Of a DNA stretch of 56,586 nt, positions 12,022 through 24,916 are shown piece by piece. The notes beneath the pieces are model-generated. The model saw only the letters and a program-made list of their open reading frames with translations. It made no database searches and was not told where the DNA came from. The stretch is from NCBI GenBank assembly GCA_030324005.1, contig JARDVH010000128.1, positions 28,936,257 through 28,992,842 on the forward strand, in the 5' to 3' direction. Both the position numbers and the translations under genes were made by a program. The stretch comes from Negaprion brevirostris. Taxonomy: Eukaryota. Position 1 is the first letter of the stretch; each line of letters starts with the position of its first letter.

Positions 12022-13019
12022 AAATTGTCTCCTGGGACAGCAACTGTCCCTACTTCATCCAGGTCTGCAAGAAACTGTTCACTCTACCAGCAAGTACCAA
12101 CTGAGCGGCAGTCAGCAACTATGATTTGTTGAAAAAAAATTAAAACAGCTTTGTGATCCAGAACAAAGCATTGGAGCGTTATAAATGGTGATTTTTCATC
12201 AATTGTGATTACAGAGTGTAATTTTTGGAACTTTTTAATAAATTTGACATCATTCAGCCTAGTGAAAACAGCCTTATTGGGAAAGTCACCAGACAATACT
12301 TATAGTTCAGCAGACTGTTTAAAGCTACCACTCTGTCCCACTCCCTTCATCTCTTTCCTGAAGGTGCTGACTGCATCTAATGGCTAGTGGCCATAGCAGG
12401 CCACTTACCTAAACTATACTCACAGTTTTCAGGTTATCAGATTTAAAGGGAGCATTCCAACTCAGCTTACTTCTGATCCCACCCATTTATTTGAATTTTA
12501 TGGCCTCCCCTCAGTGTGTTTCCTGCAGTGGAGATGGATCACTATTGGCTGCCAGTGAGGGATCTAATGATCCTGCTGAAGTCAATAGCAATTTGCATGG
12601 TTTGCCCGTTGCACCAATGAGGAACCTGCGTTAGGGGTCGAGTTTGATGGGACTGACAGATCTCACCAGTGGGAACAGCTGGAAAATCCTACTCTTTTGA
12701 AATTGTATCATCCAGGATTACATAGCACTACAAAGGATATACACCAGAGAAGCAGACCTTTCAGCCTAACAAGTCCATTTCAGTGCTGATGTCCCATGCA
12801 AGCCTCCTCATATCATTCCTCATCTAAATCTATAATTGTAACCCTCCATTCTCTTCTCCCTCAAATTCTTATCTCATTTATCTTTGAATGCAATTGTACT
12901 ATTCACTTTACCAATTCATATTCTCAGCGTTGTTTAGTTGAAGACATTACTCCTGAATTCCCTTCTGAATTTCATGGTGGTTAATATTATATTGATGGGT
13001 CTGTAGTAATGCTCTTTTT

Positions 13020-13361
13020 ATTCTTTCGTTGAGACATGGACATCGCTGGCTGGCCAACATTTATTGCCCATGCCTAGTTGCCCAAGGGCAGTTGAGAGTC
13101 AACCACATTGCTGTAGCTCTGGAGTCACATGTGGGCCAGACCAGGTAAGGATGGCAGATTTCCTTCCCTAATGGACATTAGTGAACCAGATGGGGTTTTC
13201 TGACAATCGACAGTGGTTCCGTGGTCATCAGTAGATTTTTAATTCCAGATTTTTTTATTGAATTCAAATTCCACCTGCTGCCGTGGCGGGATTCAAACCC
13301 AGGTCCCCAGACATTTCTGGATTAACAGTTCAGCTATAATACCACTAGGCCATCACCTCCC
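13020..13361 (-). mobile_element. Shark tRNA-derived SINE with a CR1-type tail
   Basis: Head gggaggtgatggcctagtggt..gggtttgaatccc on -; tail (atttattgcccat on +) is shared with the LINE fragments at 37655 and 46660. Confidence 0.75.
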
Positions 13362-13939
13362 ATACCCTTACAGGAAACACTGGGTGAAATCTTCTGCTCA
13401 TGGTGGATTCAGTAGTGNNNNNNNNNNGGTTTCCGTCGGGGCTGTGGGGGGGGGGCAGGGGGGAGCACTTTATCAGGTGGGGACTGCAGTGCCTTACTAC
13501 CTCTATCTCACTCATTCACTCAGAGACAGGCAAGGGACTCGCCATGTGGGGAGAACAACAAGCAAACCTGGAGGACTTCCAGGTACTCCCTCATTCAAAG
13601 GCACTCAGTGTTTGATTGAGAGACCTGACATTGGGAAGGTGGGGTCCGCTGAGAGAAACTTGCTACCATTTCTGTCAAATTTCCTTCCCTCATGATCCCC
13701 ATCCCACCATCACTCATTTGTGCCTAGGTCCATCCTTGATGCTGGGTGGTTGGGTGTAGTACGGCAGCAGCCACGACCTTCCCACTGGTGCTGTTGAGCT
13801 GCCAATCTCTGATTAACTGACAGCTCTTGGACAGCAGGACTTCTGCTCCACCAAGGTTCTTGGTGTACAAGGTTCAGCAAGCCTTCCTGAAAGGAGACCA
13901 TGTGGTGTTTTTGTTGACTCTCCAGCTGGCTGCCTATAT

Positions 13940-14315
13940 TCTCTGGAGTTTAGAAGAATGAAAGTCATCTCATTAAAACATGCCAAATTCTGAAGGGGCT
14001 TGATTGGGTAGACACTAAGGGATTATTCAAGGAATCTAAAACATAGGGACGCCATGTCAAGATAAAGGGCTGATCATTTAAAACTGAGATGAGGCGAAAT
14101 TACTTCTCTCAAGTGAACCTTTGGAATTCTCTACCCTAGAAGGCTGATGATGTTCCGGCTTTGAATACATTTAAGGCTGGGATAGTGAGATTTTTTGGTC
14201 TCTCATGGAATCAAGGTATCAGAAAAGTGGAGTTGAAATCCAAAGTCATATTGAAGGGCAGTACAAACTCAATAGGCCATGTGGATCTACTCTTGGTCCT
14301 ACCTCTTGTGTTCCA
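13940..14315 (+). mobile_element. CR1 LINE 3' fragment
   Basis: tctggagtttagaagaatga (SLEFRRM), tggaattctctacc, CR1-type 3' UTR. Confidence 0.7.
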
Positions 14316-14339
14316 CTCTGTCACAGCCACAAGATTCCA

Positions 14340-16270
14340 CTAATTCTGTCTGTCAAAACTCTATCAAAACCTTTCATAGTTCTAAAGAGCTCTATTAGGT
14401 CACCCCCCTCAGCCTCCTTTCTTCAAAAGAAAAGAGACAAGCCTGTAAATACTTTCCTGATATGCATACCCATGCATTTCTGGTATCATGTTTGCAAATC
14501 TTCTCTGCACCATCTCCAGGGTCTCAATATCTTTTTTGTAATATGGCGACCAGAACCACACACACTACTCTAATTGGGATGTGTCAAAGTTCAACACAGG
14601 TTTAGAAGAACTTCCAGACTTTTCAATTCTACCTCTCTAGAAATGAAGCCTAGTGCCTGCTTTGCCTTCCTTATGAGCTTGATAACCTGTGGTGTAACTT
14701 TTAGTGACGGATGTNNNNNNNNNNNNNNNNNNNNNNNNNNNNNNNNNNNNNNNNNNNNNNNNNNNNNNNNNNNNNNNNNNNNNNNNNNNNNNNNNNNNNN
14801 NNNNNNNNNNNNNNCGGATGTATTTGTACTCCAAGAGGCCCTTTTTCCTGTACTGCACCTTGGCTTGAATATTCAAACGAATAAACAACCTTCCTACACT
14901 TCCTACCAGAATCACATTCATCTGTTTCGAAATTCATTTGTCAATTATTTGCCCACTCAGCAAGTTTGTTAATGTCATCCTGTGATTTGCTGTAGTTTTC
15001 TTGAGTAAAATCCTGACACTTGTGGAACACCATTTCCCACTCTCAATAACAGTGCTTTATTAACTCTGGGTTGTCCAACCTCATCTGCAACTGATGTCCA
15101 TTCTCTGTGAATGGAGATTGGAGAATGGTTGAGCACCAAATTCTCCATTAGTGCTGGCAGAGCATGAACAGCCAGAGAATTTCGGCTTCTTACGCTGTTA
15201 GCAATCTTTTTTGCAGCTTGACCTCTGACTCCACATTCTTTCACCTTATTCATTCAACTATCATGGGGCACCTTATCAAATGCCTTCTGAAAATGCAGTT
15301 ATATTACATCTGCTGCACTACCATTGTCTATTCGGTCATCTTCTCAAAAAATTCAATAAGATTGGTAGTATCAGATTTTCCTTTTGCAATCCATGCTGAT
15401 AATATTTCTCATTTCTAGAATCATAGAATCCCTGCAGTGCACAAAGAAGCCATTTGGCCCATCGAGTCTGCCCCAACCACAATCCCACCCAGCCCTATTC
15501 CCATAACCGTACTTATTTATCCTACTAACCCCCTGACACGAAGGGACAATTTTAGCGTGGCCAATCAACCTAACCCACACATTTCTGGAGTATGGGAGAA
15601 AAATCGGAGCACCCAAGGGAAACCCATGCAGACACGGGGAGAATGTCCAAACTCCACACGGACAGTGACCCAAGCTGGGAACTGAACACTGATCCCAGGC
15701 ACTGTGCCGCCATGCAGCTGTCCTTCTATTCTCTCTAGTAAAGATTCCATTATTTTTCCAACCACTGATGTTGAGCTGACTGGTCTATAAGTCCCTGGAC
15801 ATATTCTGTCCCCTTTCTTAAATATGAGAATTAAATGAGCAAGCCATCAGACTTCTGGCACTACACCTTTGAATAACCAATTATTAAATGTGTGTAATAA
15901 TACCTCTGTTATTTCCTCCCTTTTTTTAAATACATGATGCAATTCATCCAAACCAGGCGTTTTGTCGTCTTTGATTTTGTTCATTCAAAAAAATCATACT
16001 TCTAAAAAATTNNNNNNNNNNNNNNNNNNNNNNNNTATCACATCTATCTGTCCTATCGCCTTGGTAAAAACTAGAGCAAAATAATTACTTAATATTTCTG
16101 CCATTTCTCTCTTGTTTCCTGAGGTATTATCCTGTTTATCCATTAATGGTCCTATTCCCAAATAGGCTTCCTTTCTTTAAAATTGACGTGCCCGTAAAAT
16201 ATTTTATTATTTTTGTTTTAAGTTACTTGATAATTTTATTTCAATTTATTCTTTGCCTTCCTAATTGTTT
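14340..16270 (-). mobile_element. Old CR1 ORF2 fragments, interrupted by gaps and an HE1 SINE
   Basis: - strand reads CR1 RT-like segments (FQKAFDKVPH, YRPVSST) with many disruptions. Confidence 0.6.
15416..15711 (-). mobile_element. HE1 SINE with a partly deleted head
   Basis: Same tail (tagaatcatagaatccc) and V-core as 9280-9623. Confidence 0.85.
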
Positions 16271-16722
16271 TATTTTACTTCTTTCCAAGTTCCTCGCCAG
16301 CTGATATGAGATACCCCTTAACCTGGCATCAGCTAGACAACATATCCTTTGGAATTCTCATTCTTGGCCCCAGAGGACACTATCTACCCTCTTAATTATA
16401 GAGTGCCCTATATTACTAGTATGTTTCTATTTTGCTCTTCCCTTGAATAACCCCCCATCTGCCCATACCCTATCCAGCCAACCTTCTTGGTGCCTTGGTC
16501 TGCACTGTAGCTGTCCCTTTGCTCTCCTTTCCCTTTGTGTTTGATATACTTTTGGCCACCAGTAGTGATTTATTTTTGAACAACCTTTTTAAAGAAGTCA
16601 AGCTTGTGGCGAACAAAGGACTTACCTCATAAATGTCTTTTGGAATATTTTTAACCTCGATTCCCACCCCTACTGGGGGCATGCAGCATTGTTTAGTTCT
16701 CTTTGATTCAGAATACAATTTC

Positions 16723-16949
16723 TTTAAAGTTTAAAATGTATTTATTAGTTCACATATAGGCTTACATTAACATGGCAATGGAGTTACTGTGAAAATTCCC
16801 TAGTCGCCACACTCTGGCACCTGTTTGGGTATGCTGAGGGAGAATTTAGCATGGCCAATGCGCCTTACCAGTATGTCTTTCAGACTGTGGGAGGAAACTG
16901 GTGCACCCAGAAGAAACCCACACAGACACAGGTAGACTGTGCAGACTCC
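16723..16949 (-). mobile_element. V-SINE variant with an alternative tail, truncated by a gap
   Basis: V-core ctgtgggaggaaactggtgcacccagaagaaacccac joined to a different 3' tail (aaagtttaaa..ttattag..gttactgtgaaaattccctagtcgccacac). Confidence 0.7.
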
Positions 16950-17049
16950 NNNNNNNNNNNNNNNNNNNNNNNNNNNNNNNNNNNNNNNNNNNNNNNNNNN
17001 NNNNNNNNNNNNNNNNNNNNNNNNNNNNNNNNNNNNNNNNNNNNNNNNN

Positions 17050-17340
17050 CTAGCCTCCCAGAGAATCCTAGGGTAAATCCCATCCGGCCCAGGGGACTTA
17101 TCTATTTTCATACTCTCAAGAATTGCCAACACCTCCTCCTTATGTACCTCAATCCCGTCTAGTCTACTATCTGGTAACGCAGTATTCTCCTCGACTACAC
17201 TGACTTTTTCCTGCGTGAATACTGACGAAAAATATTCATTCAGTGCCTCTCCTACCTCTTCAGGATCCACGCACAACTTCCTACTGCTGTCTCTGACTGG
17301 CCCTAATCTTGTCCTAACCAATCTTTTATTCTTGACATAC
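17050..17340 (-). mobile_element. Young CR1/HER1 ORF2 fragment
   Basis: Open frame EALNEYFSSVFTQE...IDKSPGPDGIYPRIL, typical of CR1 ORF2 upstream of RT. Confidence 0.85.
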
Positions 17341-17409
17341 CTTCCTTGACATTACTCCCTTTATCTTTCATAATGATAACCTGAACATCAAACACGGTGG
17401 AACAATGGT

Positions 17410-18085
17410 ACAACAACAATTTGTATTCATATAGCACCTTTAATGTAGTGGAACGTGCTTCACAAGAGCATTGTTAAACAAAGTGTGATGCTAATCCACA
17501 TTAGGAGATGTTAGGTTGGTCAAAAGATCGGTTTTAAGGCATGTCTTAAAGGAGGAAAGCAAGTTAGAGAGGCAGAAAGATGGAGGGAGGGAATTACAGA
17601 ATTTGTTGCTGGGGCAGCTGAAGACACAGCCACCAATGAGGGAACAATTATAATTGGGAATGCACACAAGGCTAGAATTAGAGAAGCATAGATTTCTTGG
17701 AGGATTGTCGGGCTTGCAGAGATTATAAGAAATAGGGAGGATCGAGTTCATGGACGAATATGAAAACTAGGATGGGAATTTTAAAGTCAAGACTTTGCTT
17801 AACCAGCAAGCAACTCAACCAACACAGAGGTGAAAGGGAAGCAGGATTTGCTTCAAGATAAGGCACAGACTGCTGAGTTTTGGATGACCTCAAGTTTATA
17901 GAGAGTAGAATGTGGGAGACCAGCCAGCTGTGTGTTGGAGTAGTTGAGTATAGAGATAACAAAGGCATGAATGACAACTGCAGTAACAGATGAACTGAGG
18001 CAGGGACAACTTTGGACAATGTTACAGAAGTGAAAATTGACTGTCTTAATGATGGCATGAATTTGAAATTGTTAGCTCATCTCAT
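17410..18085 (-). mobile_element. L2 LINE 3' fragment
   Basis: Tail caacaacaatttgtattcatatagcaccttt on +; - strand encodes a ..HAFVISILNYSNTQLAGLP..KLEVIQNSA-like L2 C-terminus. Confidence 0.8.
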
Positions 18086-18119
18086 AAGGTAGAATAGTGA
18101 ATACATCTAAAGAAGCCAA

Positions 18120-18350
18120 ATTACTGACTGCTAACTCGGAGTACTAACTACCAATATCCAATTATCAAATACCACCTACTGACTAGCAACTGCTCTCTGC
18201 CAGCTACAGATTACCACCAACTACCTATTAGCTAGAGAGCACCAATTATTTACTGCAAACGGCTGACTAGTGACTGCTAGATATTAACTAGCAACAAAAC
18301 TACAAATTACCAACAACTGGCAACCACCAATAAGTATTGACCGCCAATTC
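18120..18350. repeat. Degenerate ~7-bp (ACTGACT/ACTAACT/ACCAACT) tandem tract
   Basis: Recurring actgactg/actaact/accaact units. Confidence 0.5.
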
Positions 18351-19379
18351 TCATTGACCTTGTTTGGATTTGATCTACAGTTGAATAGCCTTTGTGATTT
18401 GTTTTTTGTTTCATACAGTGTCTCCTTAATGGGCAAATCTCTTAATCTGTCTTAGTTTAATTGATTATACTAAAAAGAGTATAAATTGAACATTGATATA
18501 TTTCTCCAAGGAAGTGACAGGGACCAGGATACACAAGGTGATTACCAATGCTCAGACTGCTTGGTTAGTCTTGTAAGGGGCATAACTTCCACTCAGACCC
18601 TTAGTACGCCTGTGATCCCAAAAATGCTTCATACCAACCCACCAAATCCAACCCTGTCCTCACCCATTGTCCAAACAAATATTTGCTCTCCAGCCCAGCC
18701 GTGCAGATGTCAGCTGCAATGCTGCAATGACATTCCAATTTAGATAACTTGATTCAACACCCTTGTTAAAATAGCTGGAATATTTTAAATATATATCGTA
18801 ACTGGAGAAACATCTGATCAGGAGCTTGTCATGCTCCTGTATTGTTCAGGATCAAAGCAAACCTTCAGTGCAACTGGCGTGCTGCAAAGCAGATTAAATT
18901 GAAAGATATTAAGCTTCCTCTTTGGAACAACTTGGCAAAAGACTCAACAGCAGAGCACTTACTTTGTTATACTATCACTCAGACTAAAATAACAATCTGG
19001 AGTGCTGCTCTACCCAGTACTCAGCCATGTGGTAAGTACTTTACACCATCTCTTTCCACTCAATATAGCAGGCTGCTCATTGGACAAAAATCACCATTAT
19101 AAGGAAGCAATAGCAGTGCTTTACCAGTTTGATTTAAACGTTCAACCCGGATACATTTTTTTCTCCTGATTGGCTGCATTTTGATAAGTTCTGTAGTAAT
19201 TTGTTTTAATTTTTTTTATTCCAGCTATCCCTCTTTTCAGCCTGTAATACAGAAGCATGTCATCAACCAGATGATGAGCAAATTCCTTTCAGCCAGCAGA
19301 AATGATATATCTCTTATGATGAACATCACCTTGTTAAAGGAGATACAGAACACATTAATCCTTTGAGCACAGCTCCCCC

Positions 19380-19600
19380 AGTGGCTAGATTAATAACTGA
19401 GACATACAAATGAGAGTGTCCCAGTTTGAGATAAACCAACTGATTTTAGCAGAAGCAATAGTAATAATGTTATAATTGGCACCCTGAGCACTGAAGGGCA
19501 AAAGTCCTCATCACCATCCAATGAGTTCTGTTGGAAATTACATCTGGGTAGGTGAGGGCTGAATCAAGTTTGCCTGTAATACTACCTATTTTTTAAAAAA
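19380..19600 (+). mobile_element. Highly degenerate LF-SINE-like copy
   Basis: ataattggc..ctcatcaccatccaatga..gttggaaa..ggtgagggc..atcaagtttgcctgtaat is colinear with 10655-10995. Confidence 0.4.
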
Positions 19601-20294
19601 ATCTGCTTATATTCTTTATTAAGGCTTCAAATTCTTATTATGTAATATCTGTTGGGAAATAAGTTTACAGAAATATCAATCTCTGCTTCAACTGCAAGAT
19701 CCTTAGCTGAGGTTATCCTTCCTAGCTCAGATGTTCTGAGGCTAATTGTCATATCTCTCCCAGCCATTTTGCTAGGTCAGATTTGCTAACTCTGCAGAGG
19801 GTTTGGTTTTGACTGGTTAGTGCAAAGCATGATAGTGAATATATCCACTGAACCATCAGAAAAGCTCCACTTAAAGCCCTAATAATGACCAGCATCTGGT
19901 GAATAGTCCTTTTTCTGACTCAATACTGCCTTGTCTTGCTCTGATGAACTGCTGTATTGACAAAAGTATTAGATTGCTCTTCCATATGCAACAGAGATAT
20001 ATTGGAGGATGTGTAAAAATTGGGCTAATTGGATCTGTGATCTTGAGCTTGTAATTTTGAGGATTAACAAGTGATAAACCAAACCCACATTCCGCACACT
20101 TATCCTGCCCCATCATATCTCCTCTTACGAATACAAGACTTATTATTAGCATCCTATTCTAACTCGTTTGTGCCTGCTTCTCAAACTTCTTTCCTTCCTC
20201 CAGAATCACTTTATTGTAAAACCTATTGTTAAAATTCAAGTTTCATGTTACCTGATTACTGTCTTCCAATTTACCGCCTCTTAGTGGATACAGT

Positions 20295-20600
20295 GCATTC
20301 AGGATTGTGGTACTAAATAGTAATATGAGGCCTTGAGCTCAAATTCGCTAGGGCAAATTGTGACATTGAATTCAACATATTTGGTCATTTGTAGGTTAGA
20401 GCATGAAAGTGTTTGGACTGTTGTAAAGGTCCAAAGGTTCACTAGTATACTTCTGGGAAGGAAACTTACCATCCTACTACTGTCCCAGACAACTTGGTTT
20501 ACTGTGAATGACTTCAAGGAAACTATGAATGGGCAATAATTACTACCTTTCGAGTGTTGTCCAGATGCAGTGATGAAAATAATCATGATTTCTGCACAAG
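20295..20600 (+). mobile_element. Old copy of the 13020-13361 SINE family
   Basis: ttgaattcaa..catgaaa..tgttgtaaa..ggttcacta..gggaaggaaa..ccatcct matches the reverse complement of the 13-kb SINE. Confidence 0.55.
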
Positions 20601-21239
20601 TGGGAATGTGGAAAAAGTGCAGGATCCTTACATTTTAACTTTTAATTACTTGTTTTGTAGCTACATCACTGTCTTTCCTTGCATCTTCCAACTCTGATAT
20701 GGCACATAAGCTTGAGTTGACAAATAACAGTAATATCGCCTGATACATATTTCATCCATACTTAATCACACCTCTTGATTAATGATGCTATCAGGAGATA
20801 AGGAGAATGTGAAGTAGGAAAAAGTGACTGATGCAGCAGGAAGCTGGTAGAGTTTTGTTAATCCTCAGCACGTGCTGAAACCCCTTGTTTACGTCTGCAG
20901 TCTCCACATGAGAACAAAAACACACAAGCACTTTTGAAATGTATTTAGTAGGAAAACATTGTTTTCGGGTTTTTGTAAAGGTTATACAGGAAGATCCAAA
21001 GTTTCCTAAATATTTAGTCAGGAAGCCATACGTAAAGTCAACAGATGAGAATAAATACAATGTCAGCTTCGTGTGTTCCCTGGATAAGCTCATCATAAAA
21101 AAAACAACCACAAAATATATGTATACATCTAAAATAAATGTTTAGACCAACTAAATTAGGTGGTCAAAAAAAAATTGCAGTGGTGGCCTGGTGTGTCACC
21201 ACATGAATGTTAGTACCCTTACACCTACACAAGTCTGCT

Positions 21240-22070
21240 ACTTGGCCTCAGTTCTGCTACAGAAAGATGCATTATTAGAACATTTCTAATGGCAACGTTT
21301 CGCCATCAGAGCACACTTCAAAGTAACTGAATACATTTTAGCCGGTTGTGAGGAAACTTGATTAAAGTCATTATAAATAGTCTTCAACCCCACTTTCAGC
21401 TGTGCCAAATTATGTCATCCGGGAGGTCACAGAGGGTTTAAACACCAGGAGAAGGGATTTCAGTGTCTTCTCTCTAAACAAAGAGAAACAGGAGGGATGA
21501 GCACATGGCCTTGCTAGCATAGTGAATTTTCCAATGGTGCAGGGGGTCATCAACTGTACACATGCAACTTTGCAAGCATTGTATCTCAATGGTGCAATGT
21601 GCTAAACCACAAAAATTACCACTCATTTAATGTGCAGTTCAGTTTGTGTGCGACCATATTCAGCACATCATGGTTGTGAATCCACACCACCTTGGCAACA
21701 GTCATGATTGTTCATCCAGTACTAGTCCACTGTTCATTTACAGTCATCATGTCAAACAAGAGTGTGGCTTCTTGATGAAGTGCTACCCACTCTACACCTA
21801 GCTGACGACTCCCCTCCATCAACCAGGGTCAGCACATGTATAATGAGAATCATACTGTCACAAGGAATTTAACTGAGCATGCTGAAGCAATTGTTATACT
21901 GCTTGGAATAAGTCCCCCAGGTAGCTATCCAAATTACAGGTTGTCTTTGCCTGGCCATTTTAACACTGTATTACTGCCACAGGCTCAGTGGCCAGTTCAG
22001 GAAGCGGAAATTAAACAGGATGACGATGAGGGAGGAGGATGAGGAAGAAGAGGAGGAGAAAGGGAGGAGG
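21240..22070 (+). mobile_element. Decayed PIF/Harbinger transposase (HARBI1-like), element A
   Basis: FPMVQGVINCTH, NHKNYHSFNVQ, VCDHIQHIMVVNPHHLGNSHD and WLL..YPL..LTTPL resemble Harbinger DDE motifs; acidic gag/gaa tail at 22020-22070. Confidence 0.75.
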
Positions 22071-22759
22071 CAGTCAGTATATCCACAATCTATGTAGCCT
22101 GTTCAGGGAACAGCTTGTCAAACTACATTTCCCTGAAATAAACACCAGATCCCCATTGTTCAGTAAATCCCATCTTACCAGCCCACTCTGACAAAACATT
22201 TATCCTCTTGGCTACAACTCCGAAGTAAAAATCATCAAAAAGAAACCATTCTATACAAACATTATCCAACAACATGTCCAATATTCCATATAATATTCAA
22301 TTAATCACTCTTGAGTACTCCCTCAGTGCCTAGTTTGTGGATGACCCTGTCTGTCCTTCTGCTCCCTTAGTGGCTGCAGCCTGGCTGATGGATGGCTCTT
22401 GACTCTTATGGAGGGAGACTGTGGATAGACATGCAGATTGCCCTTGAACAGCTCTGGGTCTTGAGGGTTCGGCTTTTGACTGCACCGTCTCAGCCTATGC
22501 TGCCAAGGTCTGGACTGTTTGGCCAAAAGGGCACTATAAGGGAACTAACAGAAGGGATCCAGAATGCCATCACCTTGAAAGAGGAGAACAGATTCGTGCT
22601 CCATGGAGGAAACTGCCACTTTCTTGGGCGGAATCGCAATAATCCAGTAACCCGTTGGAGACTAAGTCTGAGATTTGACTGTTGGTCAATATAAAATGAG
22701 AGGTGCATGATGAATGGGTGAGGAGAGTGGTGCAGTGACATGGCATTTGGGGTAGCATT

Positions 22760-23060
22760 CACTGATCTTGACCACCGGTGTGAAGTCATTAAACCACTTG
22801 CAGCACACTATCTAGGTTCTCTGATGGGTTACACTGATGAGTGTGTCCGTTACAACCACTGCTTTCTCAGCATTTGTCTGCCTAATGCTCCCTTGAGGAA
22901 AAGAAACTTCTCCCTTTCTGTCAACCCTTTTTACCAAGGACTCCGGCATGGCACCAAAAAGTTTTGGGACACATTCTCTGATCTGTTGTGGCAGACCTGT
23001 TACTTCCTCCAGATCTTTGATTCTTCCATAACCAATTTCAGCCACTGTTGTAACCAAAAT
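22760..23060 (-). mobile_element. Decayed Harbinger Myb/SANT-like ORF (NAIF1/MSANTD-like), element A
   Basis: RECVPKLFGAMPESLVKRVDRKGEVSF...QRT*IVCCKWFNDF resembles the R-P-F...LV..V..R...LF...RT..QC.K.(W/F)NDL pattern; convergent with the transposase. Confidence 0.7.
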
Positions 23061-23974
23061 GAACCTTGTCTTTAACAGGTGTAGCCTAGCTAAGTAATGC
23101 AGATTGATTTAAGTGGCGCTAGTCATGCACAAATGTGGCCCTCTGCTGCGGCATACAGCATGTAGACTCTGCAACAAATTATAACCCTTATAACTGGCAG
23201 GCAGCAGAAATTGTATGCTCTCATCCTCTTGAAAAATTGTGATCCCTAGTCCTGATTTCTGCAGCTACCTAACTGTGTCAGATCTAACTGAGTCAAAACA
23301 GAATGAGCGTTGGATTGCGAAAATAGACAAAGTGTGACAGAGATAATTTCACTTGGCAATGACACAGATGAAGCACATGAGAGTAAGGTCTATCTCTGAA
23401 TGCATCAACATGACGTAATTGATGAATGGAAACATCCAGGTCATATTATGGTTTGGTATTTGGACTATAAATCAACAAATGAGCAACTATTGAGTTGATG
23501 CTTTCAATTCCTCATATGTGCAGGTCATTTTTATTGCACCATCAATCTCTGATCTGTTTGGGTTGGGGTGTGTTCTCCAGGAGGTCACATGCTGGTGGCT
23601 CAAATGTGTTCCGTGATAAATACATTTTCACTGCATGCAGGAATTTTATTGCCTCCGTTTCACCTTTTTGTCCCTCATCACTGGATCAGTCAATGTGGCA
23701 TGTCACCTTCTTCCAAATTGGACACTGAATAGGGATTGGGAATGAGATAGAATTGGGAGAGATGGAAACCGGAATCATACTTTGAGTTTTGATGCAGATA
23801 TTAAAGATGAATCAAGAACCTCAAAACCGTCAACAAACAGCAACATACAAATAAAAGCAGTATCTCCACATCATTACAAAAGAAGTAGAAGCTCAAAAGA
23901 AGACTTTTACTTTAAACCTGTGATCCTAGACTCTTGTTATACATTTTAGAGTTTTCCAGATAGCCAGGATCAAA

Positions 23975-24335
23975 TGAAGACAGCCCAGTTAAACCTGGAC
24001 AGCATTCTGCAAACCCAGGCAGACCAGTCATATCTATACAGCTCAGTACAAATCCAGATGGCCCAGGACAAACCTGACAGCCCAGTGTAAACCAGACTAT
24101 CCAGTGTAAACTTGGAAACCCAGGCTAAACCAACACAACCCAACATAAACTCAAACAGTCCAATACATACTCAAACAGCCTATTACAAATCCAGACAGCC
24201 AGAGAGACCAGTCAGACTGCCTGATGGAAATCCAGCTTGCCCAGGACAAACCCAGGTAGCCAAGTAGGAACCCAGACAACTCAGTGCAATCCCAACAGCC
24301 TAGAATAAACCCAGATAGTCCAGTGCAAATGTAAC
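23975..24335. repeat. Degenerate ~20-bp minisatellite (approx. consensus AGCCCAGTACAAACCCAGAC)
   Basis: About 17-18 diverged units, e.g. agcccagttaaacctggac, agctcagtacaaatccagat, agcccagtgtaaaccagac, agcctattacaaatccagac. Confidence 0.75.
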
Positions 24336-24916
24336 CTAACTGATCTGAACTTAGATCAGTTCAAATCTAGAAAGCTTATTCCAAACCAAAGTCTAAATCC
24401 AATCAAAACTAGAACATATGACCAAAAAAAGCACAAACACAATCCAAACACAAGTGAAAAACTATACATAAAGAACCATAACTTAAAATTTAATATCCAA
24501 TCCAAATTCAGTGGTAAAAAACCCAGCAAGTGGCTATCATAATGCTGATTATTGGTAGCTTATGTTGTGTATAATCTAAAGAACACAAAATGAGATTTCT
24601 TCTTCAGATCTTTTAGAGGATATAATCCATCTGAAAGAAGCACTTCCTTGGGGCGAGTGGAAGTAATTCCATCAGAATTGTTCCAATCTTTGAATATGGA
24701 GAAGTAGTGCCTGGTGTGGGAAAACAGTGCGATCTGTTCCTATTAGCTGGAATTATTTTTCATGAGCAAAGACCAGTTTCCTGACAGCTCAGGGTTTATA
24801 ACAGAGTACATATGCTGAAATTAAGCCAGGAATGTTCAAGATCAGTACAGTCTGCAATCAAACTGTCAACAGTCTGAACCCTATTTCACTCGGTTACATA
24901 GTGTTTTGGAAATTAG

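Noticed and set aside
18960-19037. Strong donor ATGTG|GTAAGT
   Set aside because: An isolated donor without a convincing exon or recognisable peptide
23975-24335. CRISPR-like array
   Set aside because: Units are contiguous and degenerate with no unique spacers; eukaryotic context and no cas genes
24608-24665. Possible + exon (D)LLEDIIHLKEALPWGEW after ttcttcttcag
   Set aside because: Phase-compatible with the 6087 candidate, but the donor is weak and there is no homology support
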